Shown piece after piece: positions 61,461 through 64,000 of a DNA stretch of 64,000 nt. The DNA lies in contig JBHGNT010000020.1 in the NCBI GenBank assembly GCA_043228905.1, positions 372,001 through 436,000 of the forward strand, read 5' to 3'. Position 1 is the stretch's first letter, and the number at the start of each line of letters is the position of its first letter. Source of the stretch: Azolla caroliniana. Taxonomy: Eukaryota > Plantae > Polypodiophyta. The notes below the pieces were generated by a model. It saw nothing but the letters and a program-made list of their open reading frames with translations, made no database searches and was not told the origin of the DNA. The position numbers and the translations under genes are program-made.

Positions 61461-64000
61461 AAACAAATAATAGCCATGGGTATAAAGCGAAAGAGGAAGT
61501 CTCCATGGAATTTGGAATTAATTGAGTCTAGTCGTAGCCCTAACCCTAAATCCTGGCTAGTGCATAGTTTTGGATTTGGAGAATATCATGAATGATCTAG
61601 CATGCTGATTGGCGATGCATATGGTATGATGAGTTGGGTGTCACAATGTTAAGTGACAACTACTATTCGACAAGATAAGTGACACCTATTCGACAAGCTA
61701 ATTCTTCGACATAATTTCACAATATGATCCATCTATATTGAAGATCCTACCTGCTCTCTTTGATCATTGTTATGCGTTGCTCAAAAAGTACAATGTGACC
61801 ACACAATTTGTTTTGCTCCACACATGTTATGTTACTAGAGATGTTTTGTGAGAGAACATGCGGAAGGACATTATCGTTATCAACGAGTTTATTGTGAATC
61901 CTTTTCATTGACCGAAAAAGTTGTTTCCCAATCGAAACCTGATTCCTTTCAACGAATGGGGTGGTTGTTTTTGTTGCATTTTGCTTTTTTCAAGATTTTT
62001 CACAAGAGCTAATATCCAATCACTTCAGTTGATATCATCTACCCTTAATATGTTATAAATAATATAGTCCATAACATTATGTGTTTGAGATCGATGCAAC
62101 CTCACCCAATTGTGTTTCTTCCCAATGGTTTGAATTATGGCGAGTTTTCCACATATTTTAGACACATTCATGTCGGGCATTGGGGAACACCAATTTCATC
62201 ATGGAAGCAACCAAGAGGGTTTGTTAAAATATCTAAATATCTAGCATCACTATCTATCTAAAATTTAAAAAAACAATGTCTCATCTCCAAATTATGCTAA
62301 TATACGGATAAAATTGTTAGGTGAATGTTAAATTGGAACCAACACACAAGACAATCAATCATTGCATTTCAAGTACTCTTTATTCATCACACAAGTCATA
62401 TGTGCTAAAAGAAAGGAATGGCATTCACATCATTTAGATGGGGCATTCAGAAGTTGGTCATATGTGCTCAAAAGGGTTTAGGAGCCCTACTTGGACATCT
62501 AGTCAATTGGAGGAAACTTTGAGTTGGCCTATTGGTTTACATTGCGGTTTTGCAAATGAATAGGGTTCCCCCTTATGCTAAGGTATTCGGATTCATGCAT
62601 AACCAAGGCATTCATTTATGTCGACCAATGTATCCATATACCGTGGTCAATGTATGAATCCATCAATTGATAACCCCATGAAATGATCTTTCTAGTAGGC
62701 CAACTTTGTGATAATAATTGTTTTTGGTATAATTTAGGTATTATTGGCTATAGGTGCCATAGTTCTTATCGCAAATTTGTTTCTTTTATCATGTCAAAGG
62801 GGTGTGCGGTATCATAAGGTTAGCAAGTCCTCAAAATTGAGGCCCTAAATGCTATAAGCCAACAAATGTTGGAATCAAGCTTGAGATTTGAGTAACCAAC
62901 ATCTTCATGCTACAATGACCTCATCAAGAGGAAAAATGTGATTAAATTCAAGTGCATACAAATATAACGAGGCTAGATTCAAACTTATGCTAATTTTAAT
63001 GAATGTGTGAACATGTATGTGATAAGGATAAATTTAAATATGGCATCAACCTCATTAAAATCTCAAAGTCTCTTGCCATGCATTAAATGGTGTAAATTTA
63101 AGTTAATGGTTATGCTCACCCATGTTTATTCAACTTTGACATTCTTAGTCTATTAACTTTCCCAACACAAAAGTTGGTTAGGAGTCCTACCAAAAAAACA
63201 TCTGAATGTTGCATGATGTTTGTGAAGTCTTCTAAGTTCACATGACTTCTTACGAGACACTGATAAAAAAGGCTAAAAATCCACTCATGATTGTTCATAT
63301 TCAATGTGCATTGCAACCATGTATTTGCCAATAGGTTTTATTAAATGGATGAGGTCATGCCAAATTTCATTTAGAATCTATTCAAATAGAGAACATATAT
63401 AATAGATTCATTGACATTTTTTATCTGGTTCATCAAGGACAGCATGTTCAATGATAAGTAGTCCTATTAAGACACGATGGAACAAGCTAGCTAAGTTAGA
63501 ATAACCCTCTAAGTATGGCCCCTAGAAATAATTTAATCGAATCTAGGGAAATTGTCAAATTAGATCTTCTAAGATAATGTTGTCTTTCATTGGTTAGAAG
63601 CTAATAGCAACATGCTAGAACATGCATAAGATCATATTGGCATAGCTTCCAGGTAATTGTGTTGTTCATGAAATCACGAACTCGGGGATTATTCAATGCC
63701 GGTGATCTCATAATTGATTAACACTATGAAGTACATCAAAAGTGATCAATTATTGATGAAACCCGAGGTGTTCTAGCAGGTATCAGCCAAGAGATACATA
63801 GTCGTCTCTATTGAAATGATGTATCAAAAAGATGTGAAGGGTCATCTTAAGGACAAAGAAAACTCCTTTCAAGTTTGGAATCATTGTGTGTCCTCAAAGA
63901 TTTGCTGCCTTGGAATGCCATCATCAAAGATTACATCAAACATGGTAAGCCAAATGATGCTCCCTATGCATATGGAAGTCATGCATAGAGAAGAGTCGCT

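Overview
Eukaryotic nuclear DNA from a land plant, most likely seed-free (bryophyte, lycophyte or fern; inferred from the transposon repertoire, including a Tcn1-like relic). There are two host genes. The first is a 22-exon endosomal Na+(K+)/H+ antiporter of the NHX5/NHX6 class (8672-16302, ~602 aa) with three minor-spliceosome (U12) introns. The second is a 5-exon IQ67-domain (IQD) gene (57948-61460, ~308 aa) whose long introns are built from repeats. Between them lies a ~31 kb nest of LTR retrotransposons: Copia A contains Athila-like Gypsy B (with an extra 3' ORF), which contains Tnt1/Tork-like Copia C, which contains a very young GC-rich Gypsy D. A second near-identical D copy sits inside Copia A's 5' LTR. 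Gypsy D has a tRNA-Trp primer site, 4-bp TSDs, a clean -1 frameshift signal and the same in-frame TGA in RT in both copies. The left end holds decayed tRNA-Gly(TCC) copies and a LINE-in-LINE whose 3' ends share a covarying hairpin. The NHX promoter/leader has 13 exact GAAACGG/CCGTTTC motifs, many in inverted pairs. No prokaryotic-type system (CRISPR etc.) is present. All identifications come from manual reading; no database searches were run.
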